Shown here: in pieces, positions 1 through 8,333 of the stretch
Position numbering within the stretch: position 1 is the first letter of the stretch
Layout: each line of letters starts with the position of its first letter
Source: a virus
Lineage: Duplodnaviria > Caudoviricetes
DNA: 64,000 nucleotides
Virus record (IMG/VR): IMGVR_UViG_2684623050_000001
Coordinates: 53,698-117,697 of that record
Reading direction: 5' to 3' (one strand)
Made by a program: the position numbers and the translations under genes
Notes under the pieces: generated by a model
Databases searched by the model: none
What the model was told of the DNA's origin: nothing
Seen by the model: the letters and a program-made list of their open reading frames with translations, nothing else

Positions 1-1
1 C

Positions 2-475
2 TTCCGCAAGCAGAACTTCTGCGACCTGCTCGATCCGTTCCAGGAGGAGTTCAACCGGTTCATGCTGGGCGAGCTTCTCGGCAGCGGGGAGAGCCGCGTC
101 GTCTACGCCCAGCCCGACGGCAAGAATCTGGTCTTCAAGGTCGAGGCCGGCTGGAACAAGGGCGAGTTCCACAACGTCCGTGAGTGGAACCTCTGGAAGG
201 AGCTTGAGGACTATCCCGACGCCCGCGCCTGGCTGGCGCCCTGTCGCGCGATCTCCGAGGGCGGGAAGATCCTCGCCCAGGCCCGCGTGCGCCCGCTCAA
301 GGGGATCGAGGAGCTCAAGGGCATCAAGATCCCCGACTTCCTCGGTGACTGCCACTGGGGCAACCTCGGGCACTACAAGGGCCGGATCGTCTGCCACGAC
401 TACGCCTACAACCGGGTCAGCGAGAAGGCGGCCCGCAGCTTCCGGCTCATCAAGAACCGGCGCGAGGACGGGTAG
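2..475 (+). CDS. Protein-kinase-like fold protein (probably 5' partial)
   Basis: Gly-rich loop LLGSGESRVVY, VFK lysine, DCHWGN catalytic-loop-like motif, HDY; frame open from position 2. Confidence 0.6.
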   Translation, partial: FRKQNFCDLLDPFQEEFNRFMLGELLGSGESRVVYAQPDGKNLVFKVEAGWNKGEFHNVREWNLWKELEDYPDARAWLAPCRAISEGGKILAQARVRPLKGIEELKGIKIPDFLGDCHWGNLGHYKGRIVCHDYAYNRVSEKAARSFRLIKNRREDG

Positions 476-568
476 CGTTCCGGGTCCGTTCCCTACCCGT
501 TAACCGGGCCTTAACGTAAGCATGGGCGAATCCGCTTGTCAGCGACTTCGCGAAACGGAAATCCGCCC

Positions 569-1249
569 ATGCTCACCATAGCTTGCCTCTCCCAGAAGGG
601 TGGCGTCGGTAAAAGCACCCTCACCCGACTGATCGCCCGCAGCTACGCGGCTGCCGGCTGGCGCGTGAAGATCGCCGACCTCAACACCAAGCAGAAGACG
701 TCCGTGGACTGGGCCTCGCTCCGGATGGAAGCGAACCTGGAGCCGTCCGTCTCGGCCGAGCCCTTCGCCAACGTGCGCCAGGCGCTCCTGCAGTCGATGA
801 ACTACGACCTCATGGTGTTCGACGGCCGCCCCGATTCCGAGACCGCGGGCCGTGACGTCGCCAAGGAGGCAGACCTCATCATCGTGCCGACCTCGGTCGC
901 GCTCGACGACCTCGCCCCGCAGGTGAAGTTCGCCCACGAGCTGATCTCCAACGGCATCGAGCGCAAGCGCATCCTCTTCGTCATCAACCAGACGGGCGAG
1001 AGCCAGGTCGAGGTCAACGACGCGCGCGAGTATGTCCGGGTCGCCGGCTACGGCGTCTGCGAGACCCACATCTCGGCCAAGCCCAGCTACCGGACCGCGC
1101 AGAACACCGGCCGCGCCCTGAACGAGACCACCTTCCCCTCGCTCAATGAGCGCGCCGACGCCCTGATGCAGGAGGTCGTGGATAAGGTCGCCGAGCTCGA
1201 TCCCCGCGCCTCCCAGCGTGCCTCCCTGATCGCCAAGGTGCCCGCATGA
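569..1249 (+). CDS. parA: ParA partition ATPase (short, type Ib-like)
   Basis: Deviant Walker A SQKGGVGKST, IADL, FDGRP; ATG at 569. Confidence 0.92.
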   Translation: MLTIACLSQKGGVGKSTLTRLIARSYAAAGWRVKIADLNTKQKTSVDWASLRMEANLEPSVSAEPFANVRQALLQSMNYDLMVFDGRPDSETAGRDVAKEADLIIVPTSVALDDLAPQVKFAHELISNGIERKRILFVINQTGESQVEVNDAREYVRVAGYGVCETHISAKPSYRTAQNTGRALNETTFPSLNERADALMQEVVDKVAELDPRASQRASLIAKVPA

Positions 1250-1674
1250 GCCGTCTGAAGATCGCCCCGCCTCCCATGCCGGCCGAGCCGGCGCCCGAAG
1301 TCGTTCCAGAGCCCGTAGAGGCGCCCTCCCCTGCTCCGGCTCCCAAGGTCGACGCGCGTCCCTCGCGGCTGTCTGCGGCCCCGCCCAAGCTCGCGCAGGC
1401 CCCGATCAACCTGCACCTGCCCAGCGAAGGCTTCGTCGACCTCAATTTCAAGGTCGAGCCCGAGCTGCGCCAGCGCTTCAAGCTCGAAGCCGTCCGCCGC
1501 GGCATGTCGAACAAGGAGCTGCTCGAAGCCTGCTTCACCGTCTACCTGGAGACGTTCCCCTCGGACGAGCCCATGCCGACCATCAAGCGTCCGACAGCAG
1601 AGACGCTCGCCCGGCGTCGGGAGAAGCGGCTGGAGCGCGAGAAGCGTCTCGAACGCATCCGGTCGCGCCAATGA
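1246..1674 (+). CDS. Ribbon-helix-helix partition adaptor (ParG-like) with Pro-rich flexible N-terminus
   Basis: LNFKVEPELRQRFKLEAVRRGMSNKELL RHH pattern; ATGA overlap with parA. Confidence 0.7.
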   Translation: MSRLKIAPPPMPAEPAPEVVPEPVEAPSPAPAPKVDARPSRLSAAPPKLAQAPINLHLPSEGFVDLNFKVEPELRQRFKLEAVRRGMSNKELLEACFTVYLETFPSDEPMPTIKRPTAETLARRREKRLEREKRLERIRSRQ

Positions 1675-1883
1675 GCGCCGGCCCCGAGGAGATCGACCTG
1701 CTGGAGCTGGCCCGCGAGCTCATGCGGCAGTTCACGCCCGAGGAGAGAACCGAAGTGGTCCGCGAAGCGGACCGTCTCGGGATCTCCGAGGAATACGTCG
1801 TCCTCGAAGCCATCCTGCAGCTCGATCTGTCCGAGTTCGCGCACGGGGAATTGGGGAGTGGGGAGCCTGGGACCCAAGGATGA
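1671..1883 (+). CDS. Hypothetical protein
   Basis: ATGA overlap with upstream gene, typical codon usage. Confidence 0.6.
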   Translation: MSAGPEEIDLLELARELMRQFTPEERTEVVREADRLGISEEYVVLEAILQLDLSEFAHGELGSGEPGTQG

Positions 1884-2017
1884 TCGCCGGGGATCTGGTG
1901 CCTCTCCCAAGGACCGGCCGGAGATGCTGGTGGACACCCGAGGCATAGCCCAGAGCGCGTGAGTGTGGCTCTAGGACATCACTGTGTCTCAAAAACTACA
2001 GTGACAAACGTGCAACG

Positions 2018-2054
2018 TGATGCGCGCGTGCATCAGTGTGTCACGCGCGCATCA
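2018..2054 (-). terminator. Hairpin after the GG/CC-free operon
   Basis: 13-bp inverted repeat TGATGCGCGCGTG / CACGCGCGCATCA, 11-nt loop. Confidence 0.55.
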
Positions 2055-2059
2055 GTGTG

Positions 2060-2440
2060 TCATGCTTGCTCGTCAAGCACTAATTCGACGCAATGCATAA
2101 GAAAACGCTTGAAGTCTGCGAAGTTGTCGAAGCGAAAACATTGCTTCTGCAATGTAATGTTTTCGTCAAAGTTAAGATCAGAGCATGCATAATGCGCATC
2201 GTTAAGCGTGCGCACAACGACGTGATGAAAGCTGTCGTGCTTGCGTTCGATGCGCACAGCGTCGATGTAGTGAAACTGCATCACAAGCATTTCAACGCGC
2301 TCGCTGTAAGCGTCAAAATCGTCGCGCGCGCTCATGTCAGTGCGATAGTCTGCGAAGCTGTCGAACGCGCTCATCAGCGCTTGCTCTTGCGCGAGCTTGC
2401 GTGTCTCAGCGTTCATCTCAGCGATATCTTGAAGCGTCAT
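2060..2440 (-). CDS. Hypothetical protein, 126 aa, no Gly/Pro/Trp
   Basis: ATG at 2440 preceded by ACACAGAGAG leader, promoter and operator. Confidence 0.75.
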   Translation of the reverse strand: MTLQDIAEMNAETRKLAQEQALMSAFDSFADYRTDMSARDDFDAYSERVEMLVMQFHYIDAVRIERKHDSFHHVVVRTLNDAHYACSDLNFDENITLQKQCFRFDNFADFKRFLMHCVELVLDEQA

Positions 2441-2500
2441 GACGAAAACTCTCTGTGTTGCTGACAAATGCTTGTCGCATGCGTTCGCATTGCAAGTCAA

Positions 2501-2692
2501 TCACTGCTGACTGACTTTTTCGAGCTTTTTGCGCGCGCGATGCTTCGCGACACGCAAGCGCGCATCTTCGTCTCTGTGCGACGCGACAAGCGCTAGATAA
2601 GCTTCGCGTGCGCGTTGCTTCTCTGTGCGAAGCTCGCTCAGACGCGCTTCGATTGACGCGATTTCAGCGCGCAGAGCGTCAGACTTGCACAT
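2501..2692 (-). CDS. Small coiled-coil protein, no Gly/Pro/Trp
   Basis: Heptad pattern LRAEIASIEARLSELR. Confidence 0.6.
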   Translation of the reverse strand: MCKSDALRAEIASIEARLSELRTEKQRAREAYLALVASHRDEDARLRVAKHRARKKLEKVSQQ

Positions 2693-2752
2693 AGCGTTTG
2701 CTTCTCATGAGAGCGTCGCACAGCGCGTTCGCGCGCTCTGAGCTAGTGAGAG

Positions 2753-2781
2753 CGCTAGAGACGCGCGAAGCGTCTCTAGCG
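2753..2781 (-). terminator. GG/CC-free hairpin
   Basis: 12-bp stem CGCTAGAGACGC / GCGTCTCTAGCG, loop TTCGC on the minus strand. Confidence 0.55.
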
Positions 2782-2794
2782 TGCGTCTGAGCGC

Positions 2795-3409
2795 TTAGAG
2801 CGCGACGTTCAGCGCTTTCGCGAGACGCTTCGTCGTCGTCGCGCTCAGATTGAGCTTGTAAGCGACTTTGTTCATGTCGTCGCGCGTCTCTGTCAGCACG
2901 TCGAACATTTGCAGCGCATTGATGCTAGAGCTTGACTGAGTGTCAGCAGTGCTTGCAGCGATGCTGCGAGCGTAGCGCGAAATCAGTTGCTCTTTCGTCG
3001 CGTCGCACTTGAGCGCGTCGCACAGCGACGCTTGAGCGTCAGCGTGCGTCATGCTCTTGTCAGCTTTCGTCAGATTGAGAGCAGTCAAGAAAACGTGCTT
3101 GCTGTAGACGTTCAGCGCTTCAGCTTTGACAGCAGCGCGCGCGACGTTGAACACTTTCTCAGCGCTGTAGACGTTGAAACGCTTGTTGCGACGCTCTTGA
3201 CGATTGATGAAGTCAGCAGCGACGTTCGCAGTGTGCATGACTTCGCAAACGACGTCTGACGCGAAGTCAGCGCGAAGCGACTTGAACGTCTTGAAAATGT
3301 TTTCGTTAGCGTTGTTCTCGCGCTCATAAGCTTCGCGAGCGTCGAAAGCAGAAGTGAGAGCGAGCTTGTAAGCAGTGACAGCTTCGTTCTTCGCGACGTT
3401 GTTGCTCAT
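2795..3409 (-). CDS. 204-aa Gly/Pro/Trp-free paralog of ORF 4666-5574 (putative winged-helix DNA-binding protein)
   Basis: FINRQERRNKRFNVYSAEKV vs FVNRTQHDGSRYNVYAIDKV; ASTADTQSSSSINAL vs ASTAPTQASSTMQAL. Confidence 0.8.
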   Translation of the reverse strand: MSNNVAKNEAVTAYKLALTSAFDAREAYERENNANENIFKTFKSLRADFASDVVCEVMHTANVAADFINRQERRNKRFNVYSAEKVFNVARAAVKAEALNVYSKHVFLTALNLTKADKSMTHADAQASLCDALKCDATKEQLISRYARSIAASTADTQSSSSINALQMFDVLTETRDDMNKVAYKLNLSATTTKRLAKALNVAL

Positions 3410-3444
3410 GTCTGTGTCTCTCTGTGTTTGTGTGCTGACAAGAG

Positions 3445-3488
3445 ACAATTTAGTCAGTTCGCATTGAGAGTCAATCAGCACTGAGTGA
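3445..3488 (-). promoter_or_regulatory. Sigma70-like promoter whose -35 overlaps an operator
   Basis: Minus strand TTGACT-N16-TAAATT; operator TCAATCA-GCAC-TGAGTGA at 3471-3488; similar arrangement at 2470-2514. Confidence 0.6.
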
Positions 3489-3684
3489 CTTTTTGCAGAA
3501 AATAGGAATTTTCTTCTGAGACGCATTCTTGCTCTTGACAGTAGCAAGCGAGCAACACGAGCGTGTGCGCAATCTACATGCGCACAATTCAATGATGCAC
3601 GATGTATTGCGCACGATTTAAGAGCGCTTGATCGAGTGATGCGCGAGCGATCGAGCCCGCGCCGCGCCATGGGTCTCTACCGAA

Positions 3685-3720
3685 GCCCGCCCCAAGCCGT
3701 TCCTAATTTCCGGAACCGGA
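3685..3720. repeat. 36-bp dispersed repeat, copy 1 of 3 (others 4557-4592, 5955-5990)
   Basis: GCCCGCCCCwrGCCGTTCCTAAwTyCcrGAwCmGGA. Confidence 0.85.
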
Positions 3721-3969
3721 TGGGTCAACGGCGTCCGCCCATGGCAGCCCGATCCCTCCCATGGCACTCCATGGGGCACCAATGCGAAAATATCGTCTCA
3801 GGAGGCCCGTGGAAGCCCGCGGCAGGCTCCGGAGCTGTCCACGGTGCTCCGGACCCTCCCATGGGGCTCCTGCGCGCCCCTGTGCGATCCCATGGGCTGA
3901 TCGAGCGCAACGATATGGGGCGCCCCTCGCGAGACGCCCCTCTGTGTGTCGCGCGTGCTGCGCTACCCC

Positions 3970-4290
3970 TTACGCGAACGCTTCCTCGCGCAGCTCCAGT
4001 GCTTCGGCGCGCTCGCGGGCCTTGCGGTCGATCATGCGCTTGCGCTCGGTGCGGCGTCGCGCGATCTCACGCTCCGCATCCTCGACGTAGAAGCTGTCGA
4101 GCTCTCCCTCGACGAACTCACGGTAGGGCACGCCCAGGGCCCGAGCGACACGCATTTCCATTTTCTCCTCTTGGTCGATGATCTTGCTGAGATGCTGCTT
4201 CTGGACGTTCGGAGCAGCGGCGAGGGCGGCATTCGTGAACTCGATCGCGTCGGCGAGGGCGTTGACGACAGAAGAAACGAGATGGCGCAT
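3970..4290 (-). CDS. Hypothetical early protein
   Basis: ATG at 4290; shares a 27-bp upstream sequence with ORF 4666-5574. Confidence 0.7.
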   Translation of the reverse strand: MRHLVSSVVNALADAIEFTNAALAAAPNVQKQHLSKIIDQEEKMEMRVARALGVPYREFVEGELDSFYVEDAEREIARRRTERKRMIDRKARERAEALELREEAFA

Positions 4291-4307
4291 TGGTTGATCT
4301 CTTGTCT

Positions 4308-4334
4308 TGTGAAGCGCTGCGCTTCGTTGCTGAC
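4308..4334. repeat. 27-bp leader direct repeat, identical to 5591-5617
   Basis: TGTGAAGCGCTGCGCTTCGTTGCTGAC upstream of two consecutive genes; contains the GAAGCGC-T-GCGCTTC palindrome. Confidence 0.85.
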
Positions 4335-4665
4335 AAGAATGACTATGCACTACGAAATGTATGGATAGAACTGGTGCGTTGTGGTGCAGTATGGGGCGAC
4401 ATGGATATTAGGATACGTCTCCGGCACGGGACGCGGCCCCACCCCACGGCCTCCCATGGGACCCCGCGGCAGGCCGTGGATCACCGGACCGTGCCCATGG
4501 GAAGCCGAGGAAAGCCGGACCGTGGAGGACCGTGGCCTGCCATGGACCATACCAGGGCCCGCCCCTAGCCGTTCCTAATTCCCAGAACCGGAAGCGCGGG
4601 CTCCCATGGGGCGGACCGAGGCAAGAGAAAGGGGCGCACAGGGCGCCCCAGTCTCGTCTCGGGTC

Positions 4666-5574
4666 TTAGGCGGCCTTCTGGATCTTCTCCTTGAGCGCCG
4701 CGGTGATCGGGGCGTCGGTCAGGGTGAAGGTGGGGTTGCGGCTCGATCCCTCGCGCTTGACAACCCCGAGGGTCTCCAGGGCCTGCATGGTCGAGGACGC
4801 TTGGGTCGGCGCGGTGCTCGCGGAGACCGTGTGGCGCGTCAGGTGCTTCCGGACCGCGATCTCGACCCCATACTTGTCCGAGGCGCACGCCTTGGCGAGT
4901 TCGAGGCTGAAGGCGTGCCCCGCGGCTTGCAGCGCGAAGATCGACTTGAGGCAGGCGCGGTTGATGGCGTTCTTGACCTCACCCGCGTCGCTGCCGAGGG
5001 CGCGCAGGATGTCGACCACTTTGTCGATGGCGTAGACGTTGTAGCGCGACCCGTCGTGCTGCGTGCGGTTCACGAAGGCGGTGTCGACAGCGGCTGCGAT
5101 CAGCACGCGGGCCGGAGCCTTGGAGACGCCCATGCCCTCCCGCGCCTTCTTCAGGGTGCGCTGGATGTTGTGGCCGTCGCCTTTCTTCTGGAGCTCGAAC
5201 TGGGCGCGCTCGTCGATCGCGGCGTTGATGGTGCGCTGGGCCATCTCGATGTCCGTGTCGTCGAGCAGGTCCATCAGCTCCCGGAAGCTCGGGCCGGTCG
5301 GGGTAGCGGGCGCTTGGAGCTCGTCGCGCATCTCCTCGGCAGCGATCTCCTGAGCCACGAGATCGAGGACCGCATCGGACGCCTCGGCCTCTTGGACCGG
5401 CAGGTCTGCGAAGGTCTCTTCGAGGCTCAGTTGGATCGCGGCGAGGCGCTCGCTCTCGGCAGCGGCGTCGCGGGTGGCGATCATGGCGTCGTGCTGGAGT
5501 TCTCCGAAGTTGACGTTGATCTTCGGGGCGTCGTTCTTGAAGGACTTGCGGGTGCGAGCGGTCTTAGCGGTCAT
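4666..5574 (-). CDS. Hypothetical protein, acidic N-terminus, C-terminal putative winged helix
   Basis: 302-aa ORF with strong codon bias; paralogous to 2795-3409. Confidence 0.85.
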   Translation of the reverse strand: MTAKTARTRKSFKNDAPKINVNFGELQHDAMIATRDAAAESERLAAIQLSLEETFADLPVQEAEASDAVLDLVAQEIAAEEMRDELQAPATPTGPSFRELMDLLDDTDIEMAQRTINAAIDERAQFELQKKGDGHNIQRTLKKAREGMGVSKAPARVLIAAAVDTAFVNRTQHDGSRYNVYAIDKVVDILRALGSDAGEVKNAINRACLKSIFALQAAGHAFSLELAKACASDKYGVEIAVRKHLTRHTVSASTAPTQASSTMQALETLGVVKREGSSRNPTFTLTDAPITAALKEKIQKAA

Positions 5575-5824
5575 CTGTCTGTCTTTCGTCTGTGAAGCGC
5601 TGCGCTTCGTTGCTGACGAAGACTAGAAACGATATTTAGGCTAGGGATGCTACTGGCACGTTATGGAAGCTCTAAGCTTCTGGATACACGCTCGCGTGCT
5701 CTATATACGTGAGAGCCGATCTCCGGGCGCGCCATGGGAGGCCGAGGAGCCCCTTGGGTCGCCGGTGCCTGCCATGAAATCCCATGGGAGCCCGTGGGTC
5801 GCCGGACGCTTGGAAATCCAAGAG

Positions 5825-5904
5825 CTCCAAGTCCGCGTTCCTGTAAATAGGTATATACAGGTAGATAGTAGGTAATAGGTTTTTACAGGAACGCGGACTT
5901 GGAG
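5825..5904. repeat. Perfect 23-bp inverted repeat around a 34-bp AT-rich spacer
   Basis: CTCCAAGTCCGCGTTCCTGTAAA (5825-47) / TTTACAGGAACGCGGACTTGGAG (5882-5904). Confidence 0.9.
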
Positions 5905-6614
5905 ATTTCCATGGGATCTCCGGCGACCCGAGGCGTTCCGTGGATCGTTCCAGGGCCCGCCCCTGGCCGTTCCTAAATTCCGGATCAGGAAGACAGACCG
6001 CTGCCGGTGCCCCTCAAGCGGTCCGGACGAGACCTCGGGGCACCGGTCAGCAGCGTCAGCAACAAGCAGGCACAGAGAGAGCCCAGAGGCAGCTGCGCGT
6101 CCGGCGCGCTGCGCTTGCAGTGATAGAGATACAGCAGCGATCGTGGCGAGGCTACCGGATGCGTGTGGGCGTCCAAGGTGTTCGGGGATCGGTGGACGTA
6201 GAGGGAAACGGGCGCCGCGCGGCCGTGTCTATCTGATCCCTCTCCCAGCTATTCCCCACTCCCCGGCTCTCTATGGGCTCACACACGCTGGCGTCTCTCT
6301 AGGGGCTGTCTCTCCCCTCCCCTACGCGCTCCCCACAGACGCTCTCTCGCTCGTGTCTCTCTGATGCTGATGCGCTCTATTCGTTGGATGCGTCGCTCGC
6401 TTCGCTCAGAGCATCACACAGCGCGTTTCGTTCGTTCTGTGTCTCTCTGACGCTCTCACATGCTTCCCGACGCTCTATGAGCTTCTCATGCGATTTGCCC
6501 CTAAGACGCTCTCGATCGGGTCCATGTCTCTCTAGAGCTGATTGATGGTTTTGGGCTGCGAAATCGGGCTGCTCGGGCTCATGTCCCCTGATGAGACATT
6601 TTCCGCAAAATCGC

Positions 6615-6762
6615 GTTCGCATTGGATTTTGATGGGACATCCATAGGACATCCAGGTGACATCCATGGGACATCGGTGAGACATTCGCGGCCCTCGCCCG
6701 ATAGTTCGCATTGAGGTTCGAGGGGACATGCAGGTGACGTCCATGGGACATCCATGAGACAG
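6615..6762. repeat. 11-bp-period tandem repeats (iteron/centromere-like)
   Basis: GACAT at 6636, 6647, 6658, 6669, 6680 and GACRT/GACAG at 6725, 6736, 6747, 6758; each block starts 21 bp after the start of a GTTCGCATTG. Confidence 0.85.
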
Positions 6763-6864
6763 GCCTGGCCTCTCCGGACCGTGGCCTGTGTGAGCCTGGA
6801 CCAGGCTTCCATGGACCGGGTGCTCTACGAAGAAGGGGCGCCCGTGGTGCGCCCCTGTGTGGTC

Positions 6865-7218
6865 CTAGTCCTCGCTCTCCTTCCGGAGCTGCTCACGGTC
6901 GTCGAGATCATCCACGATGTCCCAGACCTTCCCCTCCCAGTCGTCGTTGTCGTCGGGGAACTCGTTCTCGCCGAGCCTGCGGAACTCTTCGACATGCGCG
7001 TTCACGGGATAGTGGAGCTTCCGGAAGGCTCTCTTGAGCTCCAGCAGCTCCTCCTCGGTGGGTGGCGTGTCTCGATCGAAGTCGATGTCCCTGGTGTCGC
7101 CTCCCGAGCCCGAGCCGCCCCGTTCGTAGCCGAAGCGCGCCGCGATCTCCTCGATGTCGCCGTCGCTGCCCTCGCTGCGCTCGTAGGTGACTTCGAGGCT
7201 GTAGTTGATGCTGGTCAT
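6865..7218 (-). CDS. Acidic hypothetical protein
   Basis: ORF with upstream promoter motif and downstream hairpin at 6834-6856. Confidence 0.75.
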   Translation of the reverse strand: MTSINYSLEVTYERSEGSDGDIEEIAARFGYERGGSGSGGDTRDIDFDRDTPPTEEELLELKRAFRKLHYPVNAHVEEFRRLGENEFPDDNDDWEGKVWDIVDDLDDREQLRKESED

Positions 7219-7288
7219 GACGCTCTCGCTCTGTCGATAGATGCACTATGCGCGAGAGACGTCGGCATGTCGGTTGGGAGCTCGCGGC

Positions 7289-7711
7289 TCAATACCAATA
7301 CCAGTCCGCGGTCTGTGCGGGTCCGGAGAGCGGCGCCGTGGTCACGCTCTTGGTGTAGATGCAGGTCCGCTCGTAGTAGGCGGGTGGCTGGCCCTTGTAG
7401 CGCACGCAGTCGTAGACGCCGGTCCGCTTCTGCACCGTGACCACGGTCCCCTTGGGGATGACGACGCAGCGGCGCCCGGCCGTGGCTGGGATGGTCGGTC
7501 CTTCCGCGAGCTCGGCGAAGGCACGCCGGCCGCGCGCCTGCTCCAATGGGTTCTTCTTGTCGAGCACCATCAGCATGATGCGGTCAAAATCCGCGACGCT
7601 CTGGCAGGCAGGAAGATCCCGCTTGACCGTGTAGGGGCCAGGAGCCTCGGTCTCGGCATGGGCAGCCGTGGTGAGGAGCAGGGACGCGAGGATGAGGGCA
7701 TGTGTCTTCAT
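7289..7711 (-). CDS. Secreted Cys-containing protein
   Basis: Signal peptide MKTHALILASLLLTTAAHA; 4 Cys. Confidence 0.7.
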   Translation of the reverse strand: MKTHALILASLLLTTAAHAETEAPGPYTVKRDLPACQSVADFDRIMLMVLDKKNPLEQARGRRAFAELAEGPTIPATAGRRCVVIPKGTVVTVQKRTGVYDCVRYKGQPPAYYERTCIYTKSVTTAPLSGPAQTADWYWY

Positions 7712-7744
7712 GCCTTCGCATGTAGCTCGCGATCGTAGGGCCTG

Positions 7745-8275
7745 TCAGGTGGCGTCGGCGCTTTCGGCGCCCTGCTCCTTCAGCATCACCTGAATGCGCT
7801 CCCAGGTGGCCGCGTAGGTCTGTGGCAGCCGGTTCTGGTATTGGTAGTGGGCGGCGCGCTTGTAGAGCGGGTGAGCGCGGATCATGGCGTTCCTAGCCAT
7901 GCTCTCGGTCGTTCGCTTCTCGTAGATGCGGGTCGCGCTTGGGTCGGTCTGCGGCTTCACGCGACGGATGGCCGGGTAGTGGACGCCCTTCTCCTGGCGT
8001 TCGATGTGGAGCGCGCGCCTGGCAGCCGAACGGGCCTCTTTGCGCTGCCATGGCGTCGGCAGATGGCAGACGCGGAGCTCGACCTCTAGGAGCGTTCGCT
8101 GGCGAGCCGAGAGACCGGTGTAGGTGAGCCTCTGCTCGATCTCCTTGCGTCGCGCCTCGATCTGCTCGGGCGTGTCGATGTAGGACGCATCGGCGTGGAT
8201 GCGAGCCGCTTCTTCAGGGGTGAGACTGCGTGTGAGCGTGCGGCCGTCGGCGCGCGATTGACGCTTGATGGTCAT
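7745..8275 (-). CDS. Hypothetical protein
   Basis: 176-aa ORF in the minus-strand gene array. Confidence 0.6.
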   Translation of the reverse strand: MTIKRQSRADGRTLTRSLTPEEAARIHADASYIDTPEQIEARRKEIEQRLTYTGLSARQRTLLEVELRVCHLPTPWQRKEARSAARRALHIERQEKGVHYPAIRRVKPQTDPSATRIYEKRTTESMARNAMIRAHPLYKRAAHYQYQNRLPQTYAATWERIQVMLKEQGAESADAT

Positions 8276-8333
8276 GGCTGGTTCGCGGTATAGGGTCCGA
8301 ATCCCTACATCGCGAACCAGCGCGCAGGCGAAA

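Larger units (their letters stand above)
1976..3504. other. GG/CC-dinucleotide-free segment
   Basis: No GG or CC between GG at 1974-75 and GG at 3505-06; next CC only at 3656. Confidence 0.95.

Noticed and set aside
1976-3504. GG/CC-free region as a homopolymer-compression or synthetic artefact
   Set aside because: AA/TT runs persist (AAAAA 1991, TTTTT 2516), ORFs are intact, one is paralogous to a normal gene, and native operators are present
5825-5904. Protelomerase (telRL/tos) site
   Set aside because: The centre is a 34-bp non-palindromic spacer, and no protelomerase gene is in the window
6377-6812. ORFs over the 11-bp repeat region (6377-6751, 6532-6744, 6579-6812)
   Set aside because: Repetitive translations in all frames reflect the DNA repeats; no RBS or codon bias
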